Origin: an uncultured Nitrososphaerota archaeon
GTDB lineage: Archaea; Korarchaeota; Korarchaeia; Korarchaeales; Korarchaeaceae
Length of the DNA stretch: 25,158 bases
Assembly: GCA_964480775.1 (NCBI GenBank)
Contig: CAYZRF010000025.1
Location: 1 to 25,158, forward strand
Direction of reading: 5' to 3'
In this document: positions 24,867-25,158 of the stretch, in pieces
Position numbering within the stretch: the first letter of the stretch is position 1
Layout: each line of letters starts with the position of its first letter
Made by a program: the position numbers and the translations under genes
Notes under the pieces: generated by a model
Database searches by the model: none
Seen by the model: only the letters and a program-made list of their open reading frames with translations
What the model was told of the DNA's origin: nothing

Positions 24867-25158
24867 TCATCTGATAATGAACCTTGGAGGTTCTATCCTT
24901 TCGCTCTTACACTTAGGGCACCTATGAGGTTGCCTGGCTCTTCTCATATTATTAAACACGTATCCACACTCTTTGCATCTTGGAGGCACCATAAGAAGTC
25001 TCTTTCCGTTAGATCTAACACTCTTAGCTACATGATCTAGGTGATTATATACCGTTTTTACTTCTTTTGCCTTCAATCCTAAATCTTGTGCTATTTCTTT
25101 GGCGCTTATAGGTTCTTTAACCTCAGACAGGAGCTTTATTATCTCTTTTCTTCTAGTT
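24867..25158 (-). CDS. Transcriptional regulator with an HTH domain fused to a C-terminal zinc ribbon (COG3357-like); 5' end lies outside the window
   Basis: The frame is open to the window edge. The translation reads ...TRREKEIIKLLSEVKEPISAKEIAQDLGLKAKEVKTVYNHLDHVAKS... (wHTH), then CKECG...x13...CPKCKS (a four-Cys ribbon). The track 'M' at 25076 is an internal TTG (Leu). Confidence 0.6.
   Translation of the reverse strand, partial: TRRKEIIKLLSEVKEPISAKEIAQDLGLKAKEVKTVYNHLDHVAKSVRSNGKRLLMVPPRCKECGYVFNNMRRARQPHRCPKCKSERIEPPRFIIR

Noticed and set aside
1-25158. CRISPR arrays, tRNA/rRNA genes, transposases/IS elements, or known defence-system genes
   Set aside because: I found no regularly spaced repeats, no cloverleaf-like or rRNA-like segments, and no transposase, integrase, Cas or restriction-enzyme motifs in the six-frame translations. 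This is a by-eye assessment only; tRNAscan or Infernal would be decisive.

Overview
The window is a gene-dense (about 90% coding) stretch of an archaeal chromosome. It probably comes from a thermophilic TACK- or Korarchaeota-like lineage; this is inferred from gene content, K/E/I/R-rich proteins, and TATA boxes about 25-30 nt upstream of start codons with little or no leader. I support about 31 protein-coding features. I recognised no rRNA, tRNA, CRISPR array or transposase.

Most genes are housekeeping or envelope functions:
- lipoate-protein ligase (3' end only), a COG1237 metallo-beta-lactamase-fold enzyme, a YjjX-type NTPase and a KaiC-like ATPase
- CDP-alcohol phosphatidyltransferase, a dolichol-kinase-like protein and UppS
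- HtrA protease, an HDAC-family deacetylase, two AlaX editing paralogues, TIGR00266/AIM24, MscS and a ferritin-VIT1 fusion
- a GT-C-like membrane protein
- a ZnuABC/TroABC-type metal ABC importer preceded by an HTH-Zn-ribbon regulator

The strongest finding is a 148-codon mini-intein (17741..18184, minus strand). It splits the conserved FEG|SIP motif of a stand-alone LigD-type 3'-phosphoesterase.

Other points worth a second look:
- a compact PriS-like AEP primase with no zinc knuckle
- an ECF S-component gene carrying an in-frame TAA plus a frameshift, next to an intact DUF4430 gene
- an uncharacterised 399-aa three-part coiled-coil protein
- a hydrophobic reading frame that runs upstream of its only canonical start codon

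Several genes (KaiC-like, phosphoesterase, the 399-aa ORF) appear to start at TTG. All family assignments come from motif recognition by eye. No searches were run.
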